Source: a virus | Lineage: Duplodnaviria; Heunggongvirae; Uroviricota; Caudoviricetes | Length of the DNA: 39,564 bases | Reading direction: 5' to 3' (one strand) | IMG/VR virus record: IMGVR_UViG_2684622542_000012 | In this document: one piece after another, positions 1 to 8,938 of the stretch | How positions within the stretch are numbered: the stretch's first letter is position 1 | Layout of the letters: each line of letters starts with the position of its first letter | Made by a program: the position numbers and the translations under genes | Notes under the pieces: model-generated | The model's input: only the letters and a program-made list of their open reading frames with translations | Told to the model about the DNA's origin: nothing | Databases searched by the model: none

Positions 1-1236
1 CTACGATAACCGCGCATTCAACATGGCTACCTGTTCGTCGTTCATGTCATCAATCCACATACCGTAAATTTCATACACCATCTGCGCAGTTTCATGCCCC
101 ATCTGGCTGGCTATAAACGCCGGGTTCGCTCCTGCCGTCAACAGCCAGCAGGCAAAAGTATGCCGCGTATGGTACGGATTACGGCGGCGAATACCAGCAC
201 GTTTTACTGCTGCATTCCATCTCGCACCCAAACTGCTTACCGAGTAATAAGGTTTCTGTTTTCCGTTACACACTCTGGGCATGAAAACAAAATGCAGTTT
301 TTGCTTTTCGGTTCTGCCGTACTCCCGATGATAAAAAGTGATTTCGCTTTTGCGATGATGCCCGGTCAGTTTGTATTGCTCCTTCAGTGCTTCAAGAGCA
401 GGCTGCAGTAGTGTTACCGTCCGGATCCCCGCATTTGTTTTTGGGGGACCGAACATATCCAGTATCGTCAGGTTTCTTCTGACATTCACAACTCCCTTCT
501 CGAAATCCACATCCTCCCACGCCAGAGCAGCCAGTTCCCCGTGACGAAGCCCGGAGTATACGGCAAATTTCCACAAGTTCTGGCTCTGTCCTTTTTCACT
601 TTCCATTAATGCATTGAATTCTGTTTTAGATAACGGGTCAGGCTTTATTCTGTTTCTCTGTAATTTCTTTACTCCTTCAAATGGTTTGGTTGATATAAAT
701 CCCGACTGATACGCAAAACGTAACAACGAACAGAGCAGGGCGATATAGTTATCAACTGTGCGCACGGTTCTTCCTTTTTTGTTGGATCTTGGATTATCCA
801 GGTAAAGCGTTTCTCCATGCAGCAGTTCATTCCGGTAGTTTAAGATATCGCTATAACGAATATGCGATATCGGAGTACTCTCACAAATTATTATCCTGAG
901 TGTTTTTAATTGTGATTTCGTTTTCTTCATTGTGTTTGTTGTTAACTCTGTTTCTTTAATTTTTGTCCAGATATCACAAAGCTCCCCGAACGTTTTTATG
1001 ACCCTCGTTGTCACCATTTTTGCCCCAGTGCTGGACTGGGGAAAACGTCTTAAATACTCAAACTCACCGGAATTGATTTCATGAACTATCAACGCTCTTA
1101 AATTCCCGGCTTTTTTAATGTTACTGTTAGTAACCTCCCAGCCTTTCAATGTTTCCCGACATCGTTTTCCTCGAAACATGAACCAGATGCGAATGTATTT
1201 ACCTCGAATCTCGACACCTGTTGGTAATTTAGACAT
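1..1236 (-). CDS. intR: Phage integrase, tyrosine recombinase (Rac IntR-like), 411 aa
   Basis: Complete ORF on minus strand with stop at bases 1-3. N-terminus MSKLPTGVEIRGKYIRIWFMFRGKRCRETLKGW matches my recall of Rac IntR. C-terminal HxxR...Y catalytic region typical of tyrosine recombinases. Confidence 0.9.
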   Translation of the reverse strand: MSKLPTGVEIRGKYIRIWFMFRGKRCRETLKGWEVTNSNIKKAGNLRALIVHEINSGEFEYLRRFPQSSTGAKMVTTRVIKTFGELCDIWTKIKETELTTNTMKKTKSQLKTLRIIICESTPISHIRYSDILNYRNELLHGETLYLDNPRSNKKGRTVRTVDNYIALLCSLLRFAYQSGFISTKPFEGVKKLQRNRIKPDPLSKTEFNALMESEKGQSQNLWKFAVYSGLRHGELAALAWEDVDFEKGVVNVRRNLTILDMFGPPKTNAGIRTVTLLQPALEALKEQYKLTGHHRKSEITFYHREYGRTEKQKLHFVFMPRVCNGKQKPYYSVSSLGARWNAAVKRAGIRRRNPYHTRHTFACWLLTAGANPAFIASQMGHETAQMVYEIYGMWIDDMNDEQVAMLNARLS

Positions 1237-1237
1237 A

Positions 1238-1453
1238 TCATGAGTCTTTGATAAACTGATTTATCTTTGGATAGTTATACCAGATAATCCCTCGCTTACT
1301 GTCTGGCTTCCCTAAAGGAGATACTCGTTTGAAGTGGAAGCCTTCCACCCAACAGTTCTGGCGGTATGCTTCAATTTGTCTGGCCCCCAGACCAGTGCGA
1401 AGCATCAGGCCGTATTCAACCATCCACTCTTCATTAAAGATTACTTGTGCCAT
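1238..1453 (-). CDS. xisR: Excisionase (Rac XisR/YdaQ-like), 71 aa
   Basis: Small ORF immediately upstream of int on the same strand. Internal start gives [30 protein letters not shown]..., as recalled for Rac XisR. Int-xis arrangement. Confidence 0.8.
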   Translation of the reverse strand: MAQVIFNEEWMVEYGLMLRTGLGARQIEAYRQNCWVEGFHFKRVSPLGKPDSKRGIIWYNYPKINQFIKDS

Positions 1454-1552
1454 CGCATCACCTCTGGCAGGCGCCAATGTTAGACTTAAATTGACGCCCG
1501 ATGTTGATTATTAATAATCAGCTATGAAGTTTTAATTTGAATACAATGCAAT

Positions 1553-1753
1553 TCACGAGGACTGAAGTTTCTCGCAATTAAAATTTATCAGTTTTACTTT
1601 CTGCTCTCTGGAAACGCCTGCTTCTTTTTTACCTGAGAGCATTTTTTCGCATTCTGATTTCGTTAGTTTAGATTTTGAATATCTTGTCCAGTTAGTAGGA
1701 GTGCCACCTTCCTTTTCAATAGTGGCGGTAATTTTATACATGAACACCTCCAT
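1553..1753 (-). CDS. rcbA: RcbA/YdaC-like small protein (DUF1187-like)
   Basis: ORF MEVFMYKITATIEKEGGTPTNWTRYSKSKLTKSECEKML... in the position of Rac ydaC, downstream of ralR. Exact start uncertain (ATG at 1753 or 1741). Confidence 0.55.
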   Translation of the reverse strand: MEVFMYKITATIEKEGGTPTNWTRYSKSKLTKSECEKMLSGKKEAGVSREQKVKLINFNCEKLQSS

Positions 1754-1928
1754 TATTATTTCCAGTGGTTCGTTTATTTCATCGTTCGAGTGCTTCTTTT
1801 TCACTTCCACCATAACCGGTTCGGGATTCGCATCCGTTACACTTCGCTCGGTAATATCCTGAAATGGCTTTCACCGTTACTGATGGACAACCACAAAATG
1901 GACATGGTTTAACATTGTCATATCTCAT
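1734..1928 (-). pseudogene. ralR: Restriction-alleviation protein RalR/Lar homolog with in-frame TGA after codon 49
   Basis: Minus-strand translation from ATG at 1928 gives MRYDNVKPCPFCGCPSVTVKAISGYYRAKCNGCESRTGYGGSEKEALER, then TGA at 1779-1781. The same frame continues NKRTTGNNNGGVHV to TAA at 1734-1736, which is the C-terminus I recall for 64-aa K-12 RalR. Confidence 0.55.
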
Positions 1929-1983
1929 AATTTTTCTCATAAAAATATTTCAAGTTGGCGGTGCATTACACCGCCAGGCTGAA

Positions 1984-2793
1984 TTATTCCTCTGAATTAT
2001 CGATTACACTGTATTCCCCGGTTAATACAGAGGAATCTGCAGGATCGATTGTCAGTGGTTCCTTTTCATCCATTGATACTGCACGCTGGATCTCAATTGA
2101 TACGGGCAGATATTTGAACAGGCGACGAATAGCCGTTTTCTTTGCCATTTCTTCCCAGTGAGTTACCCACGGCCCGTTATTACCAGCTTTACTCTGGCTG
2201 CGCACCAGCTCAATCTGTTTGCGCGTCATAACTTCAAACTGAGTACCTCCGTCTTTCAGTCTTGCGACAGCATAGACGTGGGTAACAGGGGCATCTTCGT
2301 TTTCTCCTGGGCGGTGTATTAACTTTTCATCAAGGCCAAATTCGAAATTAAACTCGTCACCTTCACGGACAACACGGGCTGACAGGCTGGCGATTTGACC
2401 TGAACGGCGAGCCAGATCAATCATGCCGCGATAGCCAATGATTAGCTGAACGTTTTTTTTACCGCTCTTTTCGTTTTTATTACCAAAAGGCAGTAAATAT
2501 GCATGACCGAGGGCGCTACCGGGCTCAAGTCCGAGCTGTGAACACTGTACGATTGCACTGACAAAACTCATAGTGTCACAGTTTCCTAACGCCGGAACTT
2601 TACGAATTTCTGTGGTGGCGATACGGATCATACGTTCAGCCGTCATATGGCGTGGAAGAGCTGCTGCCAGTTGCTCTTTCATTGATGGCTGGTTAATAAA
2701 ACTAATCACGTCGTTATTTTTAATTGCTGCTGGTGCACGGTTTCCCTGAGTTTTTTGCAGATCGGCTTTTGCGATTGGTGGTTGCTTAGTCAT
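1984..2793 (-). CDS. recT: RecT single-strand annealing recombinase, 269 aa
   Basis: Internal ATG gives MTKQPPIAKADLQKTQGNRAPAAIKNNDVISFINQPSMKEQLAAALPRHM..., matching recalled E. coli RecT over its length (269 aa). Directly downstream of recE on the same strand. Confidence 0.9.
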   Translation of the reverse strand: MTKQPPIAKADLQKTQGNRAPAAIKNNDVISFINQPSMKEQLAAALPRHMTAERMIRIATTEIRKVPALGNCDTMSFVSAIVQCSQLGLEPGSALGHAYLLPFGNKNEKSGKKNVQLIIGYRGMIDLARRSGQIASLSARVVREGDEFNFEFGLDEKLIHRPGENEDAPVTHVYAVARLKDGGTQFEVMTRKQIELVRSQSKAGNNGPWVTHWEEMAKKTAIRRLFKYLPVSIEIQRAVSMDEKEPLTIDPADSSVLTGEYSVIDNSEE

Positions 2794-2846
2794 TTGCATA
2801 TTCCTTAGCCCAGCGGGGCAGTGATAACGTCTTAATAGCTGGCCAT

Positions 2847-5393
2847 TCATNNNNNNNNNNNNNNNNNNNNNNNNNNNNNNNNNNNNNNNNNNNNNNNNNN
2901 NNNNNNNNNNNNNNNNNNNNNNNNNNNNNNNNNNNNNNNNNNNNNNNNNNNNNNNNNNNNNNNNNNNNNNNNNNNNNNNNNNNNNNNNNNNNNNNNNNNN
3001 NNNNNNNNNNNNNNNNNNNNNNNNNNNNNNNNNNNNNNNNNNNNNNNNNNNNNNNNNNNNNNNNNNNNNNNNNNNNNNNNNNNNNNNNNNNNNNNNNNNN
3101 NNGCCGTAGTTTTCACGTCCATGATCCAGTGAAATTCAGGGATAATTTTGTCCGGACGGCACCGACACAAAATTGCTGTTTCAGGATCTTCCCAGTAAAT
3201 TGATGATTCAGCGTGTCCGGCGCTTTCAACAAGCCATTGCCCCAGCGGCAAAGCCATAACGCTCTGATACATGAGTTCAATTTTCCGGCCTTCTTCGGCA
3301 GTGATAACCGTTTTTCCTGTGCTTGCGCATTCCCTCAGAAACGCTTTCTCTTCTTCTTTTCCGGAGTTTGTCCGGCGGTTAAATTCAGGTGCTACGATAA
3401 AGCGGTTACTGAATTCTTCCGGCTCAAGTACCCGGCAGTGGAAAGCGGTTCCTAAATCGAGCGTTTTTGTCTTTGTGGTGTCCACGGGGGCATTTTTACG
3501 CCACAAATACAGTGCCGGAGTATCAGCAATGTCATCGAGCTGAGACTTACTGACACCGGGACCCGCGTGGTAATTCTCATTCGAAATTCCGTAATAAATA
3601 CCTGGCTCTATGTCTTCTACGATTACGGGATCTGCGACTTCGCCAGTTTCATCACTGCAATCGCGATGCGGATCGCTGCCAGCATTCTCATTGTGCGGAT
3701 GTTCAGCGCCTTCCATTTCCTCCGGATCATTTTCCTTAGCTTCAACCTGACTCTCTTCATCGAATGTTTCCTGGTATGTTGCGTCGCCCATCACCGCACC
3801 ACAGTCAGGGCAGTTATCCCCGCCAGTCTGGCCGCAGGCATTGCAGGCTATTTCCGGTTCCTGTTGCACTACTGGCTCAGGTTGATTCATATCCGGGCTG
3901 GTTTTTTCCGTTTCTGGCTGGTTCTGGTACACACAATCGCGAGTCTGGATCCCCTTTACCCATTTCGGATCGTTCGGGTCGCTAATTCCGTCAACAAATT
4001 CACCACGTGATGCAGCAAGCAATTTATCGGCATCGACAGGATTTTTTGATGGAATGTTTTTCCGGGCTTCATGGAGTTCTGCCCGCAGTTCCTGATATTT
4101 CGCATCAACAGAATTTACCTGTGACTGAGCATCCAGCGGCTGCGTGTCCTGATGATGTTCAGTTGCGTCCGGTTCCATTGTTTCAGCCTCTCCCTGTTCA
4201 ACTGCCGTTGTTCCAGATGGTTGCGGTTTTTCTTCATCATCCTGTTTTCCTTCTTCTGTTACTCGCTGCGGCATCGGGGCAGAGGAGCGACCGCAGGCAA
4301 TATCCACGATTTCCGGATCAGGGTTGGCATGATCGGTTTCAGTCAGTACTTTGTTCAGATATTCAGTGACGTGCGCGGGGATGACCTCGATCCCAATTGG
4401 TGCTTCTTTTACGGACGCAACCACGATGGCGCGGGAATAATCCAGCCCGCCAGGCATGGTGATGAATTTGTCGCGGAAAACAGAAAAGGGCGGTTTATTT
4501 TCAGCGATAATTTCCTCAATGCGTTTAGCGTGTGCCGGATGAAGGTTATAGATGTCCAGATCCATTGAACGGGCCAGTACGCCAGTGGCTACGTCCCGCG
4601 CCAGTGACGTCAGATCGTGTACGAAACCTTCGCCGCGATCGGTGAGGTTTCCGCCGCCAGCATTAGCACCGGAAGCCGTGCGAGTGATGTGTGAAACACG
4701 ATTACCCTTCATCCACTCTTTTGTCAGCAGTCCTCGATCGGTGTAGTCAGCGTTCAGGTATGCTTCGAAAAAAGCAGTTATCAGTCCCAGGTTTGAATTA
4801 CCAGGATTAGGGAAAACTTTGTCAGTGTCACGAACCAGTTTGTGGAGTTCGCGAATTTCCAGCGGGTCGAGCAGGCTGGTTTTGTGGGAAACAGCCAGGG
4901 CAGTAACAGCCGGTAGTTCTTCAGCCCGAGCAATGTGTAATGCCTGGAGTCCGTCGCGTGAAACGTGCGTTACCGGTTTTTCGCTGCCGTGTTGAGCAAG
5001 CCAACGAATGGGCAGTTCCTGGCCAGAAATTGGGAGTAGCATATTCTCCTCAATCTCAGTCATGTCTTCGCCGTTGACGTTGGTATTGCCTTGATAGTGA
5101 GCGTTGTCTGGTGCTGCTCCCGGTTTTAGTTCCCATGTCATGGAGTCTTTGCTGAGTTGATAGCGTTCACTCCAGGTAAAATCGATCTCACCTTCAGCGG
5201 GCAGGTCATTAACGACAGGAAAATTCGTGGCAACAGCTTTAAAATAGCTGCTCAGTTTTTTACCTGACTTAACGATCAGGTAGTCCAGAGTGGCACAGGT
5301 CGATTCAAAATCGTTGCTTGCCCACAGGACGACGTCAGGTTCACCGGATGATTTTTTCGCTTTCCGTAACAGGAAGAGTGGTTTTGTGCTCAT
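2847..5393 (-). CDS. recE: RecE exonuclease VIII; C-terminal part lies in masked N-run 2851-3102
   Basis: Long minus-strand [44 protein letters not shown]... with acidic linker and C-terminal nuclease region ([24 protein letters not shown]...). Overlaps recT start as in the recET operon. C-terminus unreadable because of Ns. Confidence 0.85.
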   Translation of the reverse strand: MSTKPLFLLRKAKKSSGEPDVVLWASNDFESTCATLDYLIVKSGKKLSSYFKAVATNFPVVNDLPAEGEIDFTWSERYQLSKDSMTWELKPGAAPDNAHYQGNTNVNGEDMTEIEENMLLPISGQELPIRWLAQHGSEKPVTHVSRDGLQALHIARAEELPAVTALAVSHKTSLLDPLEIRELHKLVRDTDKVFPNPGNSNLGLITAFFEAYLNADYTDRGLLTKEWMKGNRVSHITRTASGANAGGGNLTDRGEGFVHDLTSLARDVATGVLARSMDLDIYNLHPAHAKRIEEIIAENKPPFSVFRDKFITMPGGLDYSRAIVVASVKEAPIGIEVIPAHVTEYLNKVLTETDHANPDPEIVDIACGRSSAPMPQRVTEEGKQDDEEKPQPSGTTAVEQGEAETMEPDATEHHQDTQPLDAQSQVNSVDAKYQELRAELHEARKNIPSKNPVDADKLLAASRGEFVDGISDPNDPKWVKGIQTRDCVYQNQPETEKTSPDMNQPEPVVQQEPEIACNACGQTGGDNCPDCGAVMGDATYQETFDEESQVEAKENDPEEMEGAEHPHNENAGSDPHRDCSDETGEVADPVIVEDIEPGIYYGISNENYHAGPGVSKSQLDDIADTPALYLWRKNAPVDTTKTKTLDLGTAFHCRVLEPEEFSNRFIVAPEFNRRTNSGKEEEKAFLRECASTGKTVITAEEGRKIELMYQSVMALPLGQWLVESAGHAESSIYWEDPETAILCRCRPDKIIPEFHWIMDVKTTXXXXXXXXXXXXXXXXXXXXXXXXXXXXXXXXXXXXXXXXXXXXXXXXXXXXXXXXXXXXXXXXXXXXXXXXXXXXXXXXXXXXX

Positions 5394-5494
5394 TGTTTTT
5401 TAACCTCAACTCAGATTAAAATTCGTTTTGTTCAGTGAATGATCTTGCCGGATACACACTGTTCATAGCCTGCGCCATACGCAGGCTATTTCTT

Positions 5495-5770
5495 TCAGAT
5501 TTCACCTTTTAATTTCATTGCAATTAGAGTTGCCAGAAATTCGGCTTTTTTTTCTGCGGGCAGATTCTTTCCGATATGCACCAGGCACATTTTTTTGACA
5601 CCTTCATCAAGTGTTTTTACGTTGCCTGATGGACCATCGATATCAACCACAGTGAATGGGGTTTCTTTATTTTCTGTTTTAATTACGTAGCCAATGCGCT
5701 TTCCTTCCAGATTCACCTCGTGAACAATGTCATCGGTAGTTACAACAGTGGCTTCATAATTGGTAATCAT
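5495..5770 (-). CDS. racC: RacC protein, 91 aa
   Basis: MITNYEATVVTTDDIVHEVNLEGKRIGYVIKTENKETPFTVVDIDGPSGNVKTLDEG... matches recalled RacC. Immediately upstream of recE. Confidence 0.8.
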   Translation of the reverse strand: MITNYEATVVTTDDIVHEVNLEGKRIGYVIKTENKETPFTVVDIDGPSGNVKTLDEGVKKMCLVHIGKNLPAEKKAEFLATLIAMKLKGEI

Positions 5771-5844
5771 GTTTTTCTCCTTAATTAAGGTTGAGCGAAT
5801 ACCTGCCATTTCTGGCATAAATTCAGTTTCGAATAGTCAATTAA

Positions 5845-6015
5845 TTAAAGTTCATGTGCCATCTGGTCTTTTTCGGCACAAGCTTCACTGCAATATTTTC
5901 TCGGTTCGTCTTTTGATAAAATCCCGTGCATGAAGTGAAGCATTCTTTCAATAGCTTTGCTTTCTTCAACGTCTTTTTTGCAAAGGTGGTAAGCACATTT
6001 TATTTTCTTAGTCAT
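5845..6015 (-). CDS. ydaE: YdaE small Cys-rich protein, 56 aa
   Basis: Hand translation of the minus strand gives [59 protein letters not shown] overlaps the kilR stop (TGATG). Below the 60-aa ORF-track cutoff. Confidence 0.75.
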   Translation of the reverse strand: MTKKIKCAYHLCKKDVEESKAIERMLHFMHGILSKDEPRKYCSEACAEKDQMAHEL

Positions 6016-6236
6016 CACCATGACTCCGCCTTTACAGGTAAACCATCACGACCGAGGAAGACTTTAATCATGCGGTCAGTAATGCATGTTTTTGTGGTCA
6101 GGTTACGAATATATAGTTTTCGCTTTTTAATATTGTTTGCCGAGGCAATATATGTCCGGCCTTCATGAAGAACATAATCGCCAGGAGTCACACACTGACG
6201 TGGTATTTCATCAGTTCCGAAGTGATGTGCAATCAT
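6015..6236 (-). CDS. kilR: KilR cell-division (FtsZ) inhibitor, 73 aa
   Basis: [73 protein letters not shown] matches recalled KilR. Confidence 0.8.
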   Translation of the reverse strand: MIAHHFGTDEIPRQCVTPGDYVLHEGRTYIASANNIKKRKLYIRNLTTKTCITDRMIKVFLGRDGLPVKAESW

Positions 6237-6677
6237 AATTATCTCCATTTTTACAAATGAACTTTGTTGATGCGGTGCCTGGTGCCTCCAGGTGACTGCA
6301 ACCAGTTAACAATTACAGTCGGCTTTCCCACCCAAACCAATAAGGACTAACATGACTTTTAACTGTGCCACGTGCGCTTAGCCGCATTCACCGCATCACA
6401 AAATTCACTTTAAAAAGGGCGGACATCAGCCGAACTTCAAGAAAAAAACTGATGCCGCCAGGACTACACACAGCAATGTCGTTATTTACAACCGGAGGCG
6501 CACTCCCACCATTTAAATTTAACAGACAAGACCGACTCTTTATGGATATCGGAAATGCGCCTTCGTGTTGTGCCCGGTTTTATTTCACCACCTCCGGGCT
6601 TCGGTGGTCTCGGCTATACCCCTACAGCGAGAGCTTGTGTTAACATTTCAATACCCTTACAGTTGAGAGTTATTGAT

Positions 6678-7166
6678 ATGTTGGATGTATTTACTCCATT
6701 GTTGAAACTTTTTGCTAACGAGCCACTCGAAATACTTATGTATACGATTATCATTTTTGGTCTCACTCTCTGGCTGATACCGAAAGAGTTTACTGTCGCA
6801 TTCAATGCTTATACTGAAATACCTTGGCTCTTTCAGATTATCGTTTTTGCCTTTTCTTTCGTGGTCGCCATTTCCTTCTCAAGATTGCGAGCACATATTC
6901 AAAAGCATTATTCATTACTACCAGAGCAACGAGTATTGCTTCGTTTATCTGAGAAAGAAATCGCTGTATTTAAAGATTTCCTTAAAACAGGAAATCTTAT
7001 TATCACTTCTCCTTGCCGTAACCCGGTTATGAAAAAATTAGAACGGAAGGGCATCATTCAACATCAGAGTGATAGCGCAAACTGTTCTTATTATCTCGTC
7101 ACCGAAAAATACTCCCATTTTATGAAGTTATTCTGGAACAGCAGGAGTAGACGTTTTAATCGTTAG
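6678..7166 (+). CDS. sieB: SieB superinfection-exclusion membrane protein, 162 aa
   Basis: MLDVFTPLLKLFANEPLEILMYTIIIFGLTLWLIPKEFTVAFNAYTEIPWLFQIIVFAFSFVVAISFSRLRAH... with hydrophobic N-terminal helices. Opposed to the flanking early-left genes, as in Rac. Confidence 0.8.
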   Translation: MLDVFTPLLKLFANEPLEILMYTIIIFGLTLWLIPKEFTVAFNAYTEIPWLFQIIVFAFSFVVAISFSRLRAHIQKHYSLLPEQRVLLRLSEKEIAVFKDFLKTGNLIITSPCRNPVMKKLERKGIIQHQSDSANCSYYLVTEKYSHFMKLFWNSRSRRFNR

Positions 7167-7318
7167 CTTACTGTGTGCTTCTCCAACCATCGGCGCGCAC
7201 CAGTTTCGGTTTTAAATGTTTTGCTTTTGGTATACGTCATGGCAGTGAACGTTCCATCCTGGTTGGGGAACACGCCGCACACCAGGGATTCGTTGTTGCC
7301 GAGGTCGATTTTTTGCAT
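7163..7318 (-). CDS. ydaF: YdaF-like small protein, 51 aa
   Basis: Hand translation of the minus strand gives MQKIDLGNNESLVCGVFPNQDGTFTAMTYTKSKTFKTETGARRWLEKHTVS. Convergent overlap with the sieB stop. Confidence 0.65.
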   Translation of the reverse strand: MQKIDLGNNESLVCGVFPNQDGTFTAMTYTKSKTFKTETGARRWLEKHTVS

Positions 7319-7328
7319 TTTGCGAATC

Positions 7329-7463
7329 TCACATCTTGTTGCTGTGTATAGCGACTTCTGCCTGCCAGAGATCCCAGTCGTTGCTGCGTAAAGCCTGCAC
7401 AGCCTGGTTGTAAGTGATACCGCAACAATCCATCAAATACTGAACTACTTCGTAATGCACCAT
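7329..7463 (-). CDS. ydaG: YdaG-like small protein, 44 aa
   Basis: Internal ATG gives MVHYEVVQYLMDCCGITYNQAVQALRSNDWDLWQAEVAIHSNKM. First gene of the leftward early operon. Confidence 0.65.
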   Translation of the reverse strand: MVHYEVVQYLMDCCGITYNQAVQALRSNDWDLWQAEVAIHSNKM

Positions 7464-7629
7464 CTTATCTCTCCCCTTAACGCCGGGTGGCGGAACTGAA
7501 ACCTGCTGCACTGCAAAATCTGAACCCTGCCGTCATGTTCATACGCCTCGGGCTGGCTACTTAACCCCTGACCACTGCCTGGTAACTCGAAGTATTGCCC
7601 TGCGTTCTGTGGGGCGGGGTGGGTTGGTA

Positions 7630-7690
7630 GGTATATAATGTACTTTGTGTTCATTGATGTAAAGTACTATAAGTACATTTTGTGTGTAAA
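7630..7690 (-). promoter_or_regulatory. Putative early-left (pL-like) promoter with ATGTAC-type operator repeats
   Basis: AT-rich segment upstream of ydaG containing aatgtactttgtg, aaagtac and aagtacattttgtg. Minus strand reads TTTACA-N18-ATTATA. The same ATGTACT motif recurs in the racR/ydaS divergent region. Confidence 0.4.
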
Positions 7691-7753
7691 AAAATGAGAT
7701 GGGATAAAGTGAAGCACAAACCCGGAGGGGGACGCTACCGGATTTATGCTGGT

Positions 7754-8191
7754 TTAAGAGGCTTTTTGTTTTTTCTTTCGTGCTAGCTCTTCGTAAATTG
7801 CATTGTACTTCTGTTTTTTCTCCTCAAGAGTTTTTAAAAGTTCATCTGTCTCACTGTCAGGGAGCTCGTCCAGAAGGTCAATGATGATTTTTTGTCTTGG
7901 ATTTAACTCCTGATAGAAACGTACCTGTCCACTTTCTTCTGTATCCTCTCCCAAAAGATAGGTTGGTGTTGTTCCAATGAGTGTTGCTAATTCCCTTAAT
8001 TTCTCTCGGCGAGGAATTGTTTCGCCATTAAACCATTTGCTAACCGCTTTTGGTGTTAATTTCATTCGACGGGCAATTTCTGCCTGCCTTCCATGTTGTT
8101 CATAACCAGCGTTTTCACAGGCTAGCGCAAGCCTACTGGCGAACTCTTTACGCGCTTTATCTTCATGAACCATAAGTTCAATGATATTCAC
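7754..8191 (-). CDS. racR: RacR prophage repressor (CI-like HTH, XRE family)
   Basis: ORF with HTH region QAEIARRMKLTPKAVSKWFNGETIP and acidic C-terminus. Transcribed divergently from the cro-like ydaS, as in Rac immunity regions. Exact start uncertain. Confidence 0.8.
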   Translation of the reverse strand: MNIIELMVHEDKARKEFASRLALACENAGYEQHGRQAEIARRMKLTPKAVSKWFNGETIPRREKLRELATLIGTTPTYLLGEDTEESGQVRFYQELNPRQKIIIDLLDELPDSETDELLKTLEEKKQKYNAIYEELARKKKQKAS

Positions 8192-8252
8192 TCTTGAATG
8201 TACTGTCAGTTCTGTTATAGCATGTACTCAAAGTTCACATTGTGAGGGTGAT
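8192..8252. promoter_or_regulatory. Divergent racR/ydaS promoter-operator region
   Basis: 61-bp intergenic between divergent racR and ydaS. Contains two copies of atgtact (gaatgtactgtcag, gcatgtactcaaag) and GAGGG Shine-Dalgarno before the ydaS ATG. Confidence 0.45.
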
Positions 8253-8507
8253 ATGAACCAGAAAACACTTGAAGATGTAATCAAAACTGTTCGCGTTTCT
8301 GTTGTGGCCGACGTTTGTGGTGTCAGCCAAAGAGCAATCTACAAATGGATGGATAACGGAAAATTGCCTCGCACAGAATATACCGGCGAAACAAATTACG
8401 CTGAAAAAATCGCTCATGCATCAAACGGATTATTTTCTGCTGATGTAATTTTAACTATTGGCAGAAATAAAACTACTACGAAAAAGCTGATGGGAGTTGA
8501 TTCATGA
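8253..8507 (+). CDS. ydaS: YdaS Cro-like HTH protein
   Basis: MNQKTLEDVIKTVRVSVVADVCGVSQRAIYKWMDNGKLPRTEY... with HTH. Good RBS (gagggtgat) before ATG at 8253. Overlaps the ydaT start (ATGA). Confidence 0.75.
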   Translation: MNQKTLEDVIKTVRVSVVADVCGVSQRAIYKWMDNGKLPRTEYTGETNYAEKIAHASNGLFSADVILTIGRNKTTTKKLMGVDS

Positions 8508-8926
8508 AAATCAAGCATGAGCACATCGAGTCAGTGTTGTTAGCCCTGGCAGCCGAAAAAGGGCAGGCATGGGTAGCCAATGCCATTACTGAAGAATATC
8601 TGCGCCAGGGGGGCGGCGAATTGCCCCTGGTACCAGGCAAGGACTGGAATAATCAGCAGAATATCTATCACCGTTGGTTGAAAGGTGAAACGAAAACGCA
8701 AAGAGAAAAAATTCAGAAGCTGATCCCAGCAATTCTGGCAATCCTTCCGCGCGAGCTGCGTCACCGACTCTGCATCTTCGATACCCTGGAACGCCGTGCA
8801 TTACTGGCGGCGCAGGAAGCGTTAAGTACGGCAATTGATGCGCATGATGATGCAGTCCAAGCCGTTTACCGGAAAGCGCATTTCAGCGGCGGCGGGTCTT
8901 CCGACGATTCTGTCATTGTTCATTAA
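8504..8926 (+). CDS. ydaT: YdaT protein (CII-position, toxic when derepressed), 140 aa
   Basis: MKIKHEHIESVLLALAAEKGQAWVANAITEEYLRQGGGELPLVPGKDWNNQQNIYHRWLKGETKTQREKIQ... matches recalled YdaT. Confidence 0.8.
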   Translation: MKIKHEHIESVLLALAAEKGQAWVANAITEEYLRQGGGELPLVPGKDWNNQQNIYHRWLKGETKTQREKIQKLIPAILAILPRELRHRLCIFDTLERRALLAAQEALSTAIDAHDDAVQAVYRKAHFSGGGSSDDSVIVH

Positions 8927-8938
8927 GCAAAAGTTTCC

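Noticed and set aside
1075-1083. boxA-like CGCTCTTAA as a nut site
   Set aside because: It falls inside the integrase coding sequence, far from any early promoter. Coincidental match.
3213-4746. Stack of plus-strand ORFs (80-147 aa) inside the recE region
   Set aside because: They lie antisense to the well-supported recE ORF, have no RBS and odd composition. They are shadow ORFs of a long gene.
6365-6677. Plus-strand ORFs (6365-6643 and the N-terminal extension of sieB from 6555) as real proteins
   Set aside because: The characterised SieB start (MLDVFTPLL) is at 6678. Upstream extensions have no RBS and arise from an open frame in the intergenic region. A real small gene or RNA in this 430-bp gap cannot be excluded.
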